In this document: in pieces, positions 48,213 to 59,261 of the stretch
Layout of the letters: every line of letters starts with the position of its first letter
How positions within the stretch are numbered: position 1 is the first letter of the stretch
Assembly (NCBI GenBank): GCA_048882045.1
Contig: JBHLRZ010000008.1
Location: 1-64,000, forward strand
Direction of reading: 5' to 3'
DNA length: 64,000 nucleotides
From: Candidatus Thorarchaeota archaeon
GTDB lineage: Archaea; Asgardarchaeota; Thorarchaeia; Thorarchaeales; Thorarchaeaceae
Position numbers and translations under genes: made by a program
The notes under the pieces: model-generated
Database searches by the model: none
What the model was told of the DNA's origin: nothing
Seen by the model: only the letters and a program-made list of their open reading frames with translations

Positions 48213-49148
48213 TTAGGACTTTAGAACCTGAAGGTGTCCATCCTCAAGAAGAACGCGATCGCTCTTTGACAGATGTTCAATGTGCTTATCTAGCATGATT
48301 TCTTCGAAAAGAAGGTAGACCGGATTGGAAATTTTAGGATAGACTATGGGAATTTGAGCTAACTGTTTCACTGTATCTGCTCCTTCCTCAATATGATGTA
48401 GAATTTCTTCGTCACGTTGGTCGAAGTACGCTAAGTAGTTCCTGAGCTGCTCATCAAGCTTCTCTGTTACTGGATCCAAAAGGTGACTGCTAATCCCCAT
48501 TCTGGGCTGCAAATCTATTATTCTCTCAATAGACTTCTTGAAATCTTCTAAATCACTAACGACATTTCCATACCATGGGCCGAAATCTGTGAGGTCTATA
48601 TCCACAAGGAATATCTTCTCAAATCCATTGATGCCAAAACAAGTATGGTCATGAGTATGACCTGGTGAATGGATAGGTATGAGTCGCACCTCACCACAAT
48701 CTATTGGCTTATCGTCACGGAATGTGCCATCAACTATGTAGTCCTCTTTTACATGTGGTAGTTTTGAATTTAGCAAGGTCAGCCATTGATCCTTTGTTTC
48801 GGGATTAACTATTCCAATGGTTTTCATCATGGTCTGAAAGCTTTCAACTGCATCCTTAGCCAATGGGTGACATAATACTTCACAATCGGATACCCGTCGA
48901 AAGTACATTGTGTAACCTTTGTGATCAGCATGATAATGTGAAAGCACGATACGATCGAGGTCTTTGGGTTGGTGGCCTAAGTCTTTGAGAGTTGAAATGA
49001 CCTGCTCTGGATGAGAGCCAGCATCAACAAGAGTGAGAATCTCATCATCAATCAACAGTGTATTTGCTTCTGGAAAACGACCTTCATATTTCCCTCTAAC
49101 AAGATGAACATGTGGTTCAATCTCAATATGAGCAGGATGGTCTAACAT
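48213..49148 (-). CDS. MBL-fold metallo-hydrolase
   Basis: LVDAG, SHYHADH, PGHTHDH, SSH. Confidence 0.88.
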   Translation of the reverse strand: MLDHPAHIEIEPHVHLVRGKYEGRFPEANTLLIDDEILTLVDAGSHPEQVISTLKDLGHQPKDLDRIVLSHYHADHKGYTMYFRRVSDCEVLCHPLAKDAVESFQTMMKTIGIVNPETKDQWLTLLNSKLPHVKEDYIVDGTFRDDKPIDCGEVRLIPIHSPGHTHDHTCFGINGFEKIFLVDIDLTDFGPWYGNVVSDLEDFKKSIERIIDLQPRMGISSHLLDPVTEKLDEQLRNYLAYFDQRDEEILHHIEEGADTVKQLAQIPIVYPKISNPVYLLFEEIMLDKHIEHLSKSDRVLLEDGHLQVLKS

Positions 49149-49225
49149 TACAATTCGAATGTTTATCAAACAAATAACTGTCATGGTAGGACAATCTATA
49201 TGACGCCCTGTACATATGCACAGTA

Positions 49226-50695
49226 TTGGTGACAGATATGAGTGACCGTCTGTTCGCAATTTTTGATATTGGCACTACTGGAACACGATCCGTCATTGTC
49301 GACGAAGAGGGACGTGAATTAAGCAAAGCGTATGAAGAATATCCATCTAAGCCCTCTAATCTCAAAACTCATGAACAGCCAGCAGACACATTTTGGAGAA
49401 CTTCTGCAAATACAATGCAACGGGCGCTTTCAGGGTGTACACATGGCGCTGAAGCCATTGTTGGAGTCGTTGTCACAACTACGCGTGATTCTATCACTCC
49501 GATTGATAAGGAAGGTAAACCGCTCGCGCCAACTGTCACTTGGGTAGACAACCGGTCCACAGAGAAGAGTAAGGAGCTAGCGGAACATATCGGCCCTAGA
49601 AACAGTCTCAAAAAGATGATGTGGTTTCTTGAAAACAAACCTGATCTTTTCAAAAAGACACACAAATGGGTACTATTGGATGCTTACATCAATAACAAGC
49701 TGTGTGATGTCTTGGTTAGTTCACCCGCTGATGCTAGATTTGGTCCATTCGATCATGAAAAACTTCAATGGTCCGATGAACTGTGTGAACTCACAGAAAT
49801 TCCAATGGATAAGCTTACTGAGATCGTTGATTCAGGAACTACAATTGGAGATGTAAGCGAATTCGCCGCCAAAGCAACAGGTCTAAGGAAAGGGACTCCT
49901 GTCATAATGGGAAGTGGGGACCAACAGTGTTCAGCCCTTGGAATGGGTGTATTTGAAACAGGACGTGTTAAAGCAACTACAGGAACTGGAACATTTGTCA
50001 TTACACATCTTGAAGAGTATATGGAGGATCCATATGTCATGTTCTGTAATCCCTCCGCTATCCCCGGTAAATGGATTCTTGAAGGAGTTACTCCTGGGAC
50101 CGGTCTGACGTACAAATGGTATAGAGACCAGTATTGCGAACCAGAAATGGCACTTGCCGCTCAAACTCAGAAGGATGTATATCAAATCATAGAATCTTCA
50201 GCAGCCACGGTTCCAGCTGGGAGTGACGGATTGGTCATCTTTCCATTCATGGCATATAATCTAGGAATATTCTATCATCTTGGGTTTGGTCATACCAAAG
50301 CCCATGTAGCCAGAGCCATCATGGAAGCCAATGGCTACAGTATCCACATGTATCTCGAGATGATGGAAGGCATGCTCGATGTTGAATTCACAGAGCTTCG
50401 AATTGATGGTGGTGGTGCTACCTCACCTCTCTGGCGTCAGATCCAGGCTGACTGCACAAACAAGACCGTTCTACTCCCTAAGGTGAGAGACTCCACAGTC
50501 ATTGGTGCTGCGATGCTGGGTACTGTTGGAAGTGGTATCTATGGTGACCATTCGGAAGCATTTGAGAACATGTTTCATGTAGAAGAACGACGTGAACCAA
50601 TTCCTGAAAACGTTGAGGTGTATGAGAAACTATATCCAGTCTTCAACAAGATGGTGATTGCAGAAATGGGTAACATTCTGGACTCTATATCATAG
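49226..50695 (+). CDS. FGGY-family carbohydrate kinase (glycerol kinase-like)
   Basis: DIGTTGTR, WVDNR, GDQQCSALG, TGTG, DGGGA. Confidence 0.88.
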   Translation: MVTDMSDRLFAIFDIGTTGTRSVIVDEEGRELSKAYEEYPSKPSNLKTHEQPADTFWRTSANTMQRALSGCTHGAEAIVGVVVTTTRDSITPIDKEGKPLAPTVTWVDNRSTEKSKELAEHIGPRNSLKKMMWFLENKPDLFKKTHKWVLLDAYINNKLCDVLVSSPADARFGPFDHEKLQWSDELCELTEIPMDKLTEIVDSGTTIGDVSEFAAKATGLRKGTPVIMGSGDQQCSALGMGVFETGRVKATTGTGTFVITHLEEYMEDPYVMFCNPSAIPGKWILEGVTPGTGLTYKWYRDQYCEPEMALAAQTQKDVYQIIESSAATVPAGSDGLVIFPFMAYNLGIFYHLGFGHTKAHVARAIMEANGYSIHMYLEMMEGMLDVEFTELRIDGGGATSPLWRQIQADCTNKTVLLPKVRDSTVIGAAMLGTVGSGIYGDHSEAFENMFHVEERREPIPENVEVYEKLYPVFNKMVIAEMGNILDSIS

Positions 50696-50712
50696 ATATG
50701 GACACGATGTGA

Positions 50713-52380
50713 ATGGGCGAATCTGAATTTGATGTTGTAGTAATCGGAGGCGGCAGTACCGGGACTGCTGTTGCTCGAGACTGTGCAATGCGTGGACTGA
50801 GGACTCTTCTGCTAGAACGTGATGATATTGCTTCAGCCACAGTTGGAACCTGCGCGGGAATGATCTCTTCGGGTCTCAAATATCGTAGGGAACCTGATAT
50901 CGTTACGATGTGCTCGAGAGAGGTGGTGCACTTCAAGAACATCTCTAAACATATCATCATGAAAGTCCCAATCTTAACCCCATTCTTCAGTTTGGAAGAG
51001 GTAGGGAGCAGTACAGATTATGTAACATCGTACGCAGACCACGCGGAAGAGAGAAATGTCCCTGAAATGCTGTTTCTTACCCCTGATGCGGCTGTTGAGT
51101 TAGAACCAAAAATCAACCCAGATATTCTGGCAAGTGTCTACTATGAAGAGTACTTTATTGATCCGTTTAGATTGTGCATGCTCCAGGCATTGGATGCTAT
51201 GAATCATGGTGCTGTCGTTAAGACATATTGTGAAGTTGTCGATATTGAAATTGACGACCAAGAAGGAAGAGTTGAGAATGTTGTCTTCTACAACAGAATT
51301 ACTGGTGAAATTGAAAGGATCCATACAAAGTCCATAGTGAACGCCGCAGGACCTTGGGGCCGCAAGATTGCAGAGAATGCAGGAGCAACCTTGGAGCTTC
51401 GACTCAACAAAGGATCTCATATCATACTTGATAGAAGAGTTGTCAATGTGGGCGTTATTGTGAAATCCCTCGACGGCAGATGGGTCTATCTAATACCTCA
51501 TGAAAACACTACATTGCTTGGAACCACTGCACTCGATACCTGGGAAGATCCTGATTCATTAGTAGCCACCTTAGATGAGATAGAATATTTACTCCAAAGT
51601 TTTGAAAAACATGTACCTTCGATTCGTGAGGCTCGAATCATTCGGACCATGGTCGGTGTGAGACCTTTGGTGCCTCAGTGGAATATGCCAGAAGATGATG
51701 TTACCAGAGGCTACGAAGTTATCGATCATGAAATCAGAGATGACATCAAAGGATTGATCAGCTTCACAGGCGGCAAACTCGTCATGTGTAGAATCATGGC
51801 TGAGGATGCTACTGACCTTGTATGTAAGATGCTTGGAAAGAAGACTAAGTGTACAACTCATGAGAAACCACTTCCTGGGAATGAAGCAGATGTGGATATA
51901 ATCGCACTCTCGAATGAATTTGGGCTCTCCATGCATACCCTTGAAAGAATGCGTGTTCGAAGGGGAACTGAGATTGTCAAAATCCTCGAACTAACTAAGA
52001 ATCATCCTGAATGGAAGACAGCAATCTGTACTTGTGAACCAGTCATCGAGGCTGAGATTCGATATGCAATAAGAGAAGAGTTCCCACAAACGCTAAACGA
52101 TCTGCGCCGAAGGCTAAGACTTGGGACAGGTCCCTGCCAAGGAACATTTTGTACATACAAAGCTGCAGGTATTCTCGCAGAAGAGCTTGAGCTAAGTGGC
52201 GATGACTTTCTGGTTGATATTCTTGACTTTCGAGCCGAGAGATGGAAAGGTATCAGACCCTCCTTGAGAGGTGAACAACTTGCACAGGAAGAACTTGCTC
52301 AAGGCATGTATGCATGCGTGGGGAATCTAGACCAGTCTGATGTGGACTATGACATCAAACCCTGGGAGGAGGGGACATAA
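50713..52380 (+). CDS. glpA: Anaerobic glycerol-3-phosphate dehydrogenase subunit A
   Basis: VIGGGSTG..VARDCAMRGL, VNAAGPW, GVRPL, C-terminal ICTCE..RLGTGPCQGTFC. Confidence 0.88.
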   Translation: MGESEFDVVVIGGGSTGTAVARDCAMRGLRTLLLERDDIASATVGTCAGMISSGLKYRREPDIVTMCSREVVHFKNISKHIIMKVPILTPFFSLEEVGSSTDYVTSYADHAEERNVPEMLFLTPDAAVELEPKINPDILASVYYEEYFIDPFRLCMLQALDAMNHGAVVKTYCEVVDIEIDDQEGRVENVVFYNRITGEIERIHTKSIVNAAGPWGRKIAENAGATLELRLNKGSHIILDRRVVNVGVIVKSLDGRWVYLIPHENTTLLGTTALDTWEDPDSLVATLDEIEYLLQSFEKHVPSIREARIIRTMVGVRPLVPQWNMPEDDVTRGYEVIDHEIRDDIKGLISFTGGKLVMCRIMAEDATDLVCKMLGKKTKCTTHEKPLPGNEADVDIIALSNEFGLSMHTLERMRVRRGTEIVKILELTKNHPEWKTAICTCEPVIEAEIRYAIREEFPQTLNDLRRRLRLGTGPCQGTFCTYKAAGILAEELELSGDDFLVDILDFRAERWKGIRPSLRGEQLAQEELAQGMYACVGNLDQSDVDYDIKPWEEGT

Positions 52381-53757
52381 ATGGATCTAGATGCTGACCT
52401 CCTTGTCATAGGCGGTGGAATGGCTGGACTCATTGCTGGTACTGTAGCTGCAGAGAACGGACTCAATACAGTGCTTCTCAGAAAGGGACAGAGCGCCACA
52501 GCTTTCTCCTCTGGTGCGATCGATGTAATTGGCTATCTGCCCGAGGCTACTTCTCCATTCATCACACCGGAAGAAGGTCTCACTGCAATTGCTGGACTCT
52601 ATCCCCTTCACCCGTACAGTGTGATTGGATATGGTGAAGATGTCTTACCAGATGATGTAGTCGATGCAATCATTTCTCGAACTAGAGAATCAGTTCATTG
52701 GTTGAAGAATCGGCTCAGTGACACAAACAGTCCTCTTGTCGGTGATTTTGAGTCAAACATGAATGCGATGACAATTCTTGGGACTACCAAACCCACTTGT
52801 CTGGTACAGAAGACATTGGATCCGCTAGATCTGGAAGAGAATGAAGATAGCATATTATTGATTGCTGGAATTTCTGGTTACCCCGATTTTAATCCTTCAG
52901 CAGCTGCGAAGACGTATCTTGAAGACCGCGTTGCTCTAAGCCAACCGCCACGCAAGGTTGCTCATTGTAACATACACACTAGTCCATTTGGAAATAAGCA
53001 AAACTTGTCCGCTGTTGAGATTGCGCGTCATCTAGACCACAAGTATGGACTAGACGAAGTGGCACAACAGCTAAAGGAACACACAGAGAGAATTGGCGCG
53101 ACACATGTTGCTCTCCCACCAATAATTGGTCTACGCAATGCAGTTGATAATCAGACTAGATTAAAGCAAATCCTGGGAGCACATGTTTTTGAACTCCTAG
53201 GTTTTCCACCATCGGTACCGGGACTTCGCCTCCAATTGGCTCTAGAGGAGATGTTCAAGAGAGCTGGAGGGAAATTGCTTGTCGGTCATAACGCCATATC
53301 CTATGAAAAACAGAATGACATTGTTGAGAATGTAAAAGCACAGGCTCCTCGAAGACACCTAAAGATCAAAGCCAAGGCATTCATTCTTGCCACAGGGAAA
53401 TTCATCGGCGGCGGACTCTCTGGTGATGAGAACGGTGTTCGAGAAACTATGTTTGGTCTAATGACAGTAACTGGCTCATATCACTCAGCAGAGGACATCC
53501 TACCTTCGAAGGAAACAAATCGGTTTGCCATTACTCCTGAGGGGCAGCCTGTCTATTCGACCGGTGTAACAATTGATCCACACTTCCGTCCTATACAAGA
53601 TGAGGGTGTTGAATGGGCAAGAAACCTCTTTGCTGCAGGTTCAGTACTTGCTGGATACAACTATGCTGTTGAGAAGAGTGGACTAGGAGTCGCATTGACC
53701 AGTGGTTTTAGTGCTGCACTGCATGCATCTAACTACGTAAAGGAGGTGGCCAAATGA
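52381..53757 (+). CDS. glpB: Anaerobic glycerol-3-phosphate dehydrogenase subunit B
   Basis: GQSATAFSSGAIDV, PPSVPGLRL, LATGKFIGGGL, NLFAAGSVL..EKSGLGVA. Confidence 0.9.
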   Translation: MDLDADLLVIGGGMAGLIAGTVAAENGLNTVLLRKGQSATAFSSGAIDVIGYLPEATSPFITPEEGLTAIAGLYPLHPYSVIGYGEDVLPDDVVDAIISRTRESVHWLKNRLSDTNSPLVGDFESNMNAMTILGTTKPTCLVQKTLDPLDLEENEDSILLIAGISGYPDFNPSAAAKTYLEDRVALSQPPRKVAHCNIHTSPFGNKQNLSAVEIARHLDHKYGLDEVAQQLKEHTERIGATHVALPPIIGLRNAVDNQTRLKQILGAHVFELLGFPPSVPGLRLQLALEEMFKRAGGKLLVGHNAISYEKQNDIVENVKAQAPRRHLKIKAKAFILATGKFIGGGLSGDENGVRETMFGLMTVTGSYHSAEDILPSKETNRFAITPEGQPVYSTGVTIDPHFRPIQDEGVEWARNLFAAGSVLAGYNYAVEKSGLGVALTSGFSAALHASNYVKEVAK

Positions 53758-54992
53758 ACGAGAATGAGGCTTTCGAATATGCAAAGACGACTCTGAAGGA
53801 GGAGAGAATCACACCCTTCAGAGCTGATGAGATGGATGTCGTCAAGTCTGTCGAATCTTGCATTAACTGCGGGCTCTGTATTCAACACTGCCCAGTCGTC
53901 GCTGCAGTCGGAGTAAATCGTTTCAGCGGCCCTCGAAGCATAGCAGTAGAATTGAGTAGGTCTCCTCCTGAGTTCTGGACAACTGCTGACACAGTCTATC
54001 TGTGTACTGGTTGTGGTACATGTCGAGAAGTATGTCCCAAGGACGTCAACATTCCTGAAGTTGTCAATATGATTCGCTCTCGTATTTTCGAGTACCGACC
54101 AGAACTAGTTCCCAAGGGGTTCTATGTAGTCCGAGAAGTAATTACAGAACATAACCTGGCCTTCGAGCCATGGGAGGACTTGGAGGAGAAAGCAGAGAGT
54201 AGAGATATGCGTCTGGAGCGACTCGGACTTCCATTCATTGAAGATGCAAAACTGTCCGATGCTGAAGTCATTTTCTATCCTGGTTGTCAGGCTGAGGAAC
54301 GAGCACAGGAGGTCCGTGAGGCTGCAAAGGTGATTTTGGACTTCTTTGACGTCAACTACACTGTACTGGATGAAATGTCCTGCTGCGGTCTACCATCAGT
54401 TCTGATGGGTGATCACGCGACTGCAACGAACCTGGCAAAGAAACTCCATGAAAAAGTGAGAAAAATCGGAGCCAAGATGGTTGTCACGACATGTGCTGGG
54501 TGTACTGGCAATCTTTCAGAGATTTCTGAACGAGATGAGTGGGGAATACCTACAGTACACGTCTTAGAGTTTCTTGCTGAGCAAGTAGGTTTTGAAAGAA
54601 TTGAGAAAGCCTTTGGCGAAGCATCAGACTACTCAGATGTTCATGTATCTGTTCATGATCCTTGCCACCTCATCAAACACACTTCTCGTCAAATTATGGA
54701 TTATGCACTTGATATCCTCCGGAGAGTTCCGGGTGTCAGAGTATCAGAGTCCAATGCACACGATTCTTGTTGCGGCGGAGGTGGTCTAGTGTCATATCAC
54801 GCAAAAGATGTAGCCAATGCAGTCGTCAGAGAGAACCTTAAGGCAATCAATGAGACTGGTGCAGAAAGAATAGTAACCCCCTGTCCTCTGTGTACTGCCC
54901 AAATTGAAAGTAATCTGTTCAGGACTGGAAGTTCCGTTGAAGTCGATGATCTGACGGTGTTCTTGGCTCAAAGGCTTCCTAAGAAAAGGTGA
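53754..54992 (+). CDS. glpC: GlpC-like Fe-S protein (2x[4Fe-4S] + CCG domains)
   Basis: CINCGLCIQHCP, CTGCGTCREVCP, CCG, HDPCH, CCGGGG; follows glpAB. Confidence 0.8.
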   Translation: MNENEAFEYAKTTLKEERITPFRADEMDVVKSVESCINCGLCIQHCPVVAAVGVNRFSGPRSIAVELSRSPPEFWTTADTVYLCTGCGTCREVCPKDVNIPEVVNMIRSRIFEYRPELVPKGFYVVREVITEHNLAFEPWEDLEEKAESRDMRLERLGLPFIEDAKLSDAEVIFYPGCQAEERAQEVREAAKVILDFFDVNYTVLDEMSCCGLPSVLMGDHATATNLAKKLHEKVRKIGAKMVVTTCAGCTGNLSEISERDEWGIPTVHVLEFLAEQVGFERIEKAFGEASDYSDVHVSVHDPCHLIKHTSRQIMDYALDILRRVPGVRVSESNAHDSCCGGGGLVSYHAKDVANAVVRENLKAINETGAERIVTPCPLCTAQIESNLFRTGSSVEVDDLTVFLAQRLPKKR

Positions 54993-56428
54993 AGAGTCTC
55001 ATGCTTGATCCCAAAACAAAAGAAGAAGCTCTCAAGAAGATCCGTAAGATTGTGGGTAAAGACAATATCACGGAGCTTGAAACAGACAGGATATTGAATG
55101 CTCATGATGCTTGGCCACTTGCTCTAGCAAAGATTCGAGCTGCTGAGATTCTCCCTCAAGCTGACTTGGTGGTCTTCCCAGGAAATACTGAAGAAATTTC
55201 TAAAATCCTTATGATAGCCAATGAGTTAAACATTCCAGTGATACCTGTCGGAGGAGGAGCCGGAACTTGTGGTGGAACAGTGCCTTTGTATGGTGGAATT
55301 CATCTCGACCTGAAAAGATTGAACAAAATCTATGAGATTGACCATTCCTCCTTGACTGTCCGAGTACAAGCAGGAGTGGTAGGAATTGATCTTGAGGAGG
55401 ACGTGAATCGACATGGGTACACAACTGGTCACACGCCAACTTCATCCCGCGCATCAAATGTTGGTGGTTTCATTGCTACTAGATCCGGAGGATCAATGTC
55501 GTCACTCTATGGCAAGATAGAGGATTTGACACTAGGACTCGAGGTAGTCCTGCCGGATGGATCCATCGTCAAGACAAAGGCTGTACCTCGACAATCTGTC
55601 GGACCTGACCTGCGTGAGCTGTTCATAGGATCTGAGGGTACACTAGGAGTAATTACTGAAGCAACACTTCGTCTTTTTCCGCAACCTGAAGAAAGGCGAT
55701 TCCGAAGTCTGAGCTTTCCTGACGTTCATAGTGGCTTAGAGGCAATTCGTAAGATATTTCGAGAGAGTATCCTCCCATCAGTGGCTCGGCTCTATGATCC
55801 AGAAGACGCATCATATAGTTTCTCAAATCATTTTGAGTTTGAGGAAGGTCATTGCATCATGCTTCTAGCTTTTGATGGAGATAAGAAGAAAGTAGAGATT
55901 GATGAGGCAAGGTCTCTAGTTATCTGTAGGGAAGAAGGAGGAACGGAACTTAGAGAAAACATCGCCAAATACTGGTGGGAACACCGTTTTGACATGTATT
56001 ATCCATCTCGACTGACAACCACTGGCTATACTGTAGTTGACACCATCGACATAGTTGCGACATATGATAAACTCGAAAATGTGTATTACGCTATGAAGAA
56101 GGCAATGGAGGCATACGACACATTTGTCATCTCGCACTTCTCTCACATGTATCAGAATGGCGGAAGTATCTACATGATTTTCTATTCGTCACAGCCTGAT
56201 GCAAAGTCTGCATGGGAAACCTATGACAAGATCTTTGCAGATGGAGTTGCAGCCTGTCTGAGAGAAGGAGGGACAATGAGTCATCAGCATGGTGTAGGAC
56301 TCTCGCGAACAACTTTCACTGAAGACGAACTGGGTTCAGGTTTTGACGTACTCAAAAAGATCAAAGAGGTCTTGGATCCCAACGGAATAATGAATCCTGG
56401 AAAACTCGGTCTGGGGGTGCGCAAGTGA
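54989..56428 (+). CDS. FAD-linked oxidoreductase (VAO family), alkyl-DHAP-synthase-like
   Basis: SNVGGFIATRSGG..YGKIEDL, PRQSVGPDL, GSEGTLGVITE, GGSIYMIF, SHQHGVG, DPNGIMNPGK. Confidence 0.82.
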   Translation: MKSLMLDPKTKEEALKKIRKIVGKDNITELETDRILNAHDAWPLALAKIRAAEILPQADLVVFPGNTEEISKILMIANELNIPVIPVGGGAGTCGGTVPLYGGIHLDLKRLNKIYEIDHSSLTVRVQAGVVGIDLEEDVNRHGYTTGHTPTSSRASNVGGFIATRSGGSMSSLYGKIEDLTLGLEVVLPDGSIVKTKAVPRQSVGPDLRELFIGSEGTLGVITEATLRLFPQPEERRFRSLSFPDVHSGLEAIRKIFRESILPSVARLYDPEDASYSFSNHFEFEEGHCIMLLAFDGDKKKVEIDEARSLVICREEGGTELRENIAKYWWEHRFDMYYPSRLTTTGYTVVDTIDIVATYDKLENVYYAMKKAMEAYDTFVISHFSHMYQNGGSIYMIFYSSQPDAKSAWETYDKIFADGVAACLREGGTMSHQHGVGLSRTTFTEDELGSGFDVLKKIKEVLDPNGIMNPGKLGLGVRK

Positions 56429-57549
56429 CCGATCTTGAGCGGATAGCGGAGCAAGTGCGAATGTGTGCCGGTTGTCCGAAAATGTGTAGACACGTGTGTC
56501 CAACATTCTTCGCTTGGCGGTCAGATGCTCCCACTCCTCACGGTCGAGCACTGCTCATACATCATGAAATCTCGGGTTCCCGTGATATTGACGACAGAGG
56601 TGTGGAAGTACTCTACCAGTGCCTTGAGTGTAGCCACTGTCTAACTTGGTGCAAGCCAGAGATTGACATCGCTTCGCTTATAGAACAAAAAAGACGCGAA
56701 CTCGTGGCAGAAGGAAGACAACCGAAGGGCCTCAGGAAACTTTCTGTATCTGTACGAAAGAAATTCAATCCGTTCAACGAACCTTCAGACAATAGGAATG
56801 ACTGGATTAAAACGAAGAAGGGCAAAGGCACACCAGTGCTCTATTTCGTAGGTTGTCTATCTTCTTACCGTGAGAAAGAGATTGCAAATGACACTGTAAT
56901 GTCACTCGAGCTACTTGGTTATCGTGTGACTGTCACTGCCGACGAAAGATGCTGTGGTTCACCTCTATTCAGGACCGGAGACGTAGAGGGAGGACTCGAG
57001 ATAGCCAAGCACAATGTCGCTATTTTGAATAATCTGGAAGTCCAAGAAATTGTCACATCCTGCCCAGGATGTTATCGTTTATTGACACAGGACTATCCAA
57101 CTCACGGTCTGGAGATCAATAAACCCGTTCGACACGTCAGTCAGGTTTTGTCCGAATCCCTAGAGAAACTTCCAATTTCCAAATATGATGGAAATATCAC
57201 CTATCACGATCCATGCCATTTAGGAAGGCACAGTGGCATCTATGATCAACCAAGGGATGTAATTGCTCATATATCTGGAAAACCAATAGTTGAAATGGAA
57301 CGGAATCGAAACAACTCGACCTGCTGTGGCAACGGAGCTGGTTTGAGAACATTATTTCCAGATGCAGCCAAGAAGATTGGTACTGAAAGAATCCGCCATG
57401 CAAAAGACGTGAATGCAAAATACATTGTAACATCTTGCCCTTTTTGCAAGAATATGCTCGAATCCCAGACTGACGAATCAGTATCCGTGATGGATTTACC
57501 TCAGTTTGTTACCAAAGCTTGGATGCGCCGCGATGTTAAGATAGATTAG
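56425..57549 (+). CDS. CCG-domain Fe-S oxidoreductase (HdrD/GlcF-like)
   Basis: CAGCPKMCRHVCP, CLECSHCLTWC, CCGSP, YHDPCHLGR, CCGNG. Confidence 0.88.
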   Translation: MTDLERIAEQVRMCAGCPKMCRHVCPTFFAWRSDAPTPHGRALLIHHEISGSRDIDDRGVEVLYQCLECSHCLTWCKPEIDIASLIEQKRRELVAEGRQPKGLRKLSVSVRKKFNPFNEPSDNRNDWIKTKKGKGTPVLYFVGCLSSYREKEIANDTVMSLELLGYRVTVTADERCCGSPLFRTGDVEGGLEIAKHNVAILNNLEVQEIVTSCPGCYRLLTQDYPTHGLEINKPVRHVSQVLSESLEKLPISKYDGNITYHDPCHLGRHSGIYDQPRDVIAHISGKPIVEMERNRNNSTCCGNGAGLRTLFPDAAKKIGTERIRHAKDVNAKYIVTSCPFCKNMLESQTDESVSVMDLPQFVTKAWMRRDVKID

Positions 57550-57556
57550 GACCGAT

Positions 57557-58690
57557 GTGATTCACACAATGATTGATATGGATGCTGAAGAATCCCTAAG
57601 GCTAAAAGTGCGGCTACTGACACAGGGTGCTTCTCTACCTGAGGGTGAATCGGGAGGGAGGCAAGGTGGCGCTGGTCCGGTAGGTGGCCGATACTTCTAT
57701 TTGCCAAATGGTCGGCCATGTGGCATCCCAATTCGGAGGGGAGAAATGGCAGCCATATATCATTCTGCCCCAATTGAGCCTACTGATAACCCTGAAATCT
57801 GGCTTTATGATGATAAATATGAGTTCAGGTTGATTCCTATACCAAAGTTCTACAAACTCAAAACATCTGATGGTATTGAATTCAGTAAAATTGCTCTATT
57901 ACATGGCTCTCGAACATTAGCAACAACAGTCTATCAGTCGTGTAGATACTGGTCACTTGGGATGGAATGTAAATTTTGTACAATCCCTCATTCACATACC
58001 TCTGGCAATACAGTTCTTCAGAAGACTCCAAAGCAGATTTCGGAAGTAGTATTGGCGGCTGAGAGTGAAGGAGTGGTTGATGATGTGTTGCTCACAACTG
58101 GAACGCCCGAATCTCCCGACATGGGAGTTGAAAATCTGATTCATATAATTAAAGCTATTAGAGAATCAACATCAATCCCAATAGCTGTTCAGTTTGAACC
58201 CCCAGTTGATAAGAGTACAATCAAGTTAGTGGCTGACGCTGGTGCAAATGCTGTTGGAATGCATATCGAAAGCGCTGATGAATCAATACGTGAGGATGTA
58301 TGTCCAGGAAAATATGAGCACGGTTCCTTGGATTTGTACAAAAGGAGCTGGCATCACGCTCTCGAATACTTTGAAAAAGGAAATGTAAGCACATACATCT
58401 TACATGGTTTGGGAGAAAACCACGAACGAACATTATCCCTTGTGGACGAGTTAGCCGAAGCAGGAATAATGCCCATTGTAGCTCCTGTCCGCCCTTCAGG
58501 AGGTAGTCAACTTGCTGACTACATTCCAACATATGTGAATGATCTAGAAGGGTCGGTTGAATTATACAAAAAGGTAGGTGCTATCCTCTACAAACATGAT
58601 TTGAATCCAGAAAAGACACTGGGAGGTTGTCACAACTGTGGAGGTTGTACACCAATCCAAGAGGCATATTACTGGGCTGCACAGTTATAA
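57557..58690 (+). CDS. Radical SAM protein, MSMEG_0568-like
   Basis: KIALLHG..LATTVYQSC-x8-CKFC, LTTGT, C-terminal GCHNCGGC. Confidence 0.8.
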   Translation: MIHTMIDMDAEESLRLKVRLLTQGASLPEGESGGRQGGAGPVGGRYFYLPNGRPCGIPIRRGEMAAIYHSAPIEPTDNPEIWLYDDKYEFRLIPIPKFYKLKTSDGIEFSKIALLHGSRTLATTVYQSCRYWSLGMECKFCTIPHSHTSGNTVLQKTPKQISEVVLAAESEGVVDDVLLTTGTPESPDMGVENLIHIIKAIRESTSIPIAVQFEPPVDKSTIKLVADAGANAVGMHIESADESIREDVCPGKYEHGSLDLYKRSWHHALEYFEKGNVSTYILHGLGENHERTLSLVDELAEAGIMPIVAPVRPSGGSQLADYIPTYVNDLEGSVELYKKVGAILYKHDLNPEKTLGGCHNCGGCTPIQEAYYWAAQL

Positions 58691-58745
58691 AAATCTGGAT
58701 GAATACGAGAAGTTAAAGCATCGAATCTTTATTTTGTCCAATGCC

Positions 58746-59237
58746 ATGGACGACTATCGGGCTGAAGAGATAATCATCGTTGAATTCACTGAAGATGATG
58801 CTATAGAGATATCTGAACTCTTCAGTCAGGTTTGGCCTTTAGCAACCGAATATCCTGAACATTGGCGAAATAAAAGGATCTATACACCAGAACAAATTGT
58901 TGATGATATGAAGACTGGATATCATTACTTTGGTAGCCGCTTAAGCGGTAGAATTGTTGGACTTTACAAGGCAAAAATTACTGAAAAGGGATTATTCGGT
59001 GAACATCAGACAGTACGTCCTGAATGTAGGGCTACTGGATTGGCTTCTGCAATGTACATCCAATTTGCAGAGTATGGACGAGCCAATGGTTGCAAACGGA
59101 ATTACTGTAACATCTTAGTTGGTCAGGAAGTCGGAGAGAAGCTTATGAAAAAGTATGGCTTTCGTCCTTGGGGTGAACCATATGAACAGGATGAGGGAAT
59201 GTTGGTCCAGATGTATGAACGACTTCTCGATGACTGA
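58746..59237 (+). CDS. GNAT acetyltransferase
   Basis: VRPECRATGLAS (motif A), KKYGF. Confidence 0.8.
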   Translation: MDDYRAEEIIIVEFTEDDAIEISELFSQVWPLATEYPEHWRNKRIYTPEQIVDDMKTGYHYFGSRLSGRIVGLYKAKITEKGLFGEHQTVRPECRATGLASAMYIQFAEYGRANGCKRNYCNILVGQEVGEKLMKKYGFRPWGEPYEQDEGMLVQMYERLLDD

Positions 59238-59261
59238 CACTCCGAAAGACCTTTAGACGAT

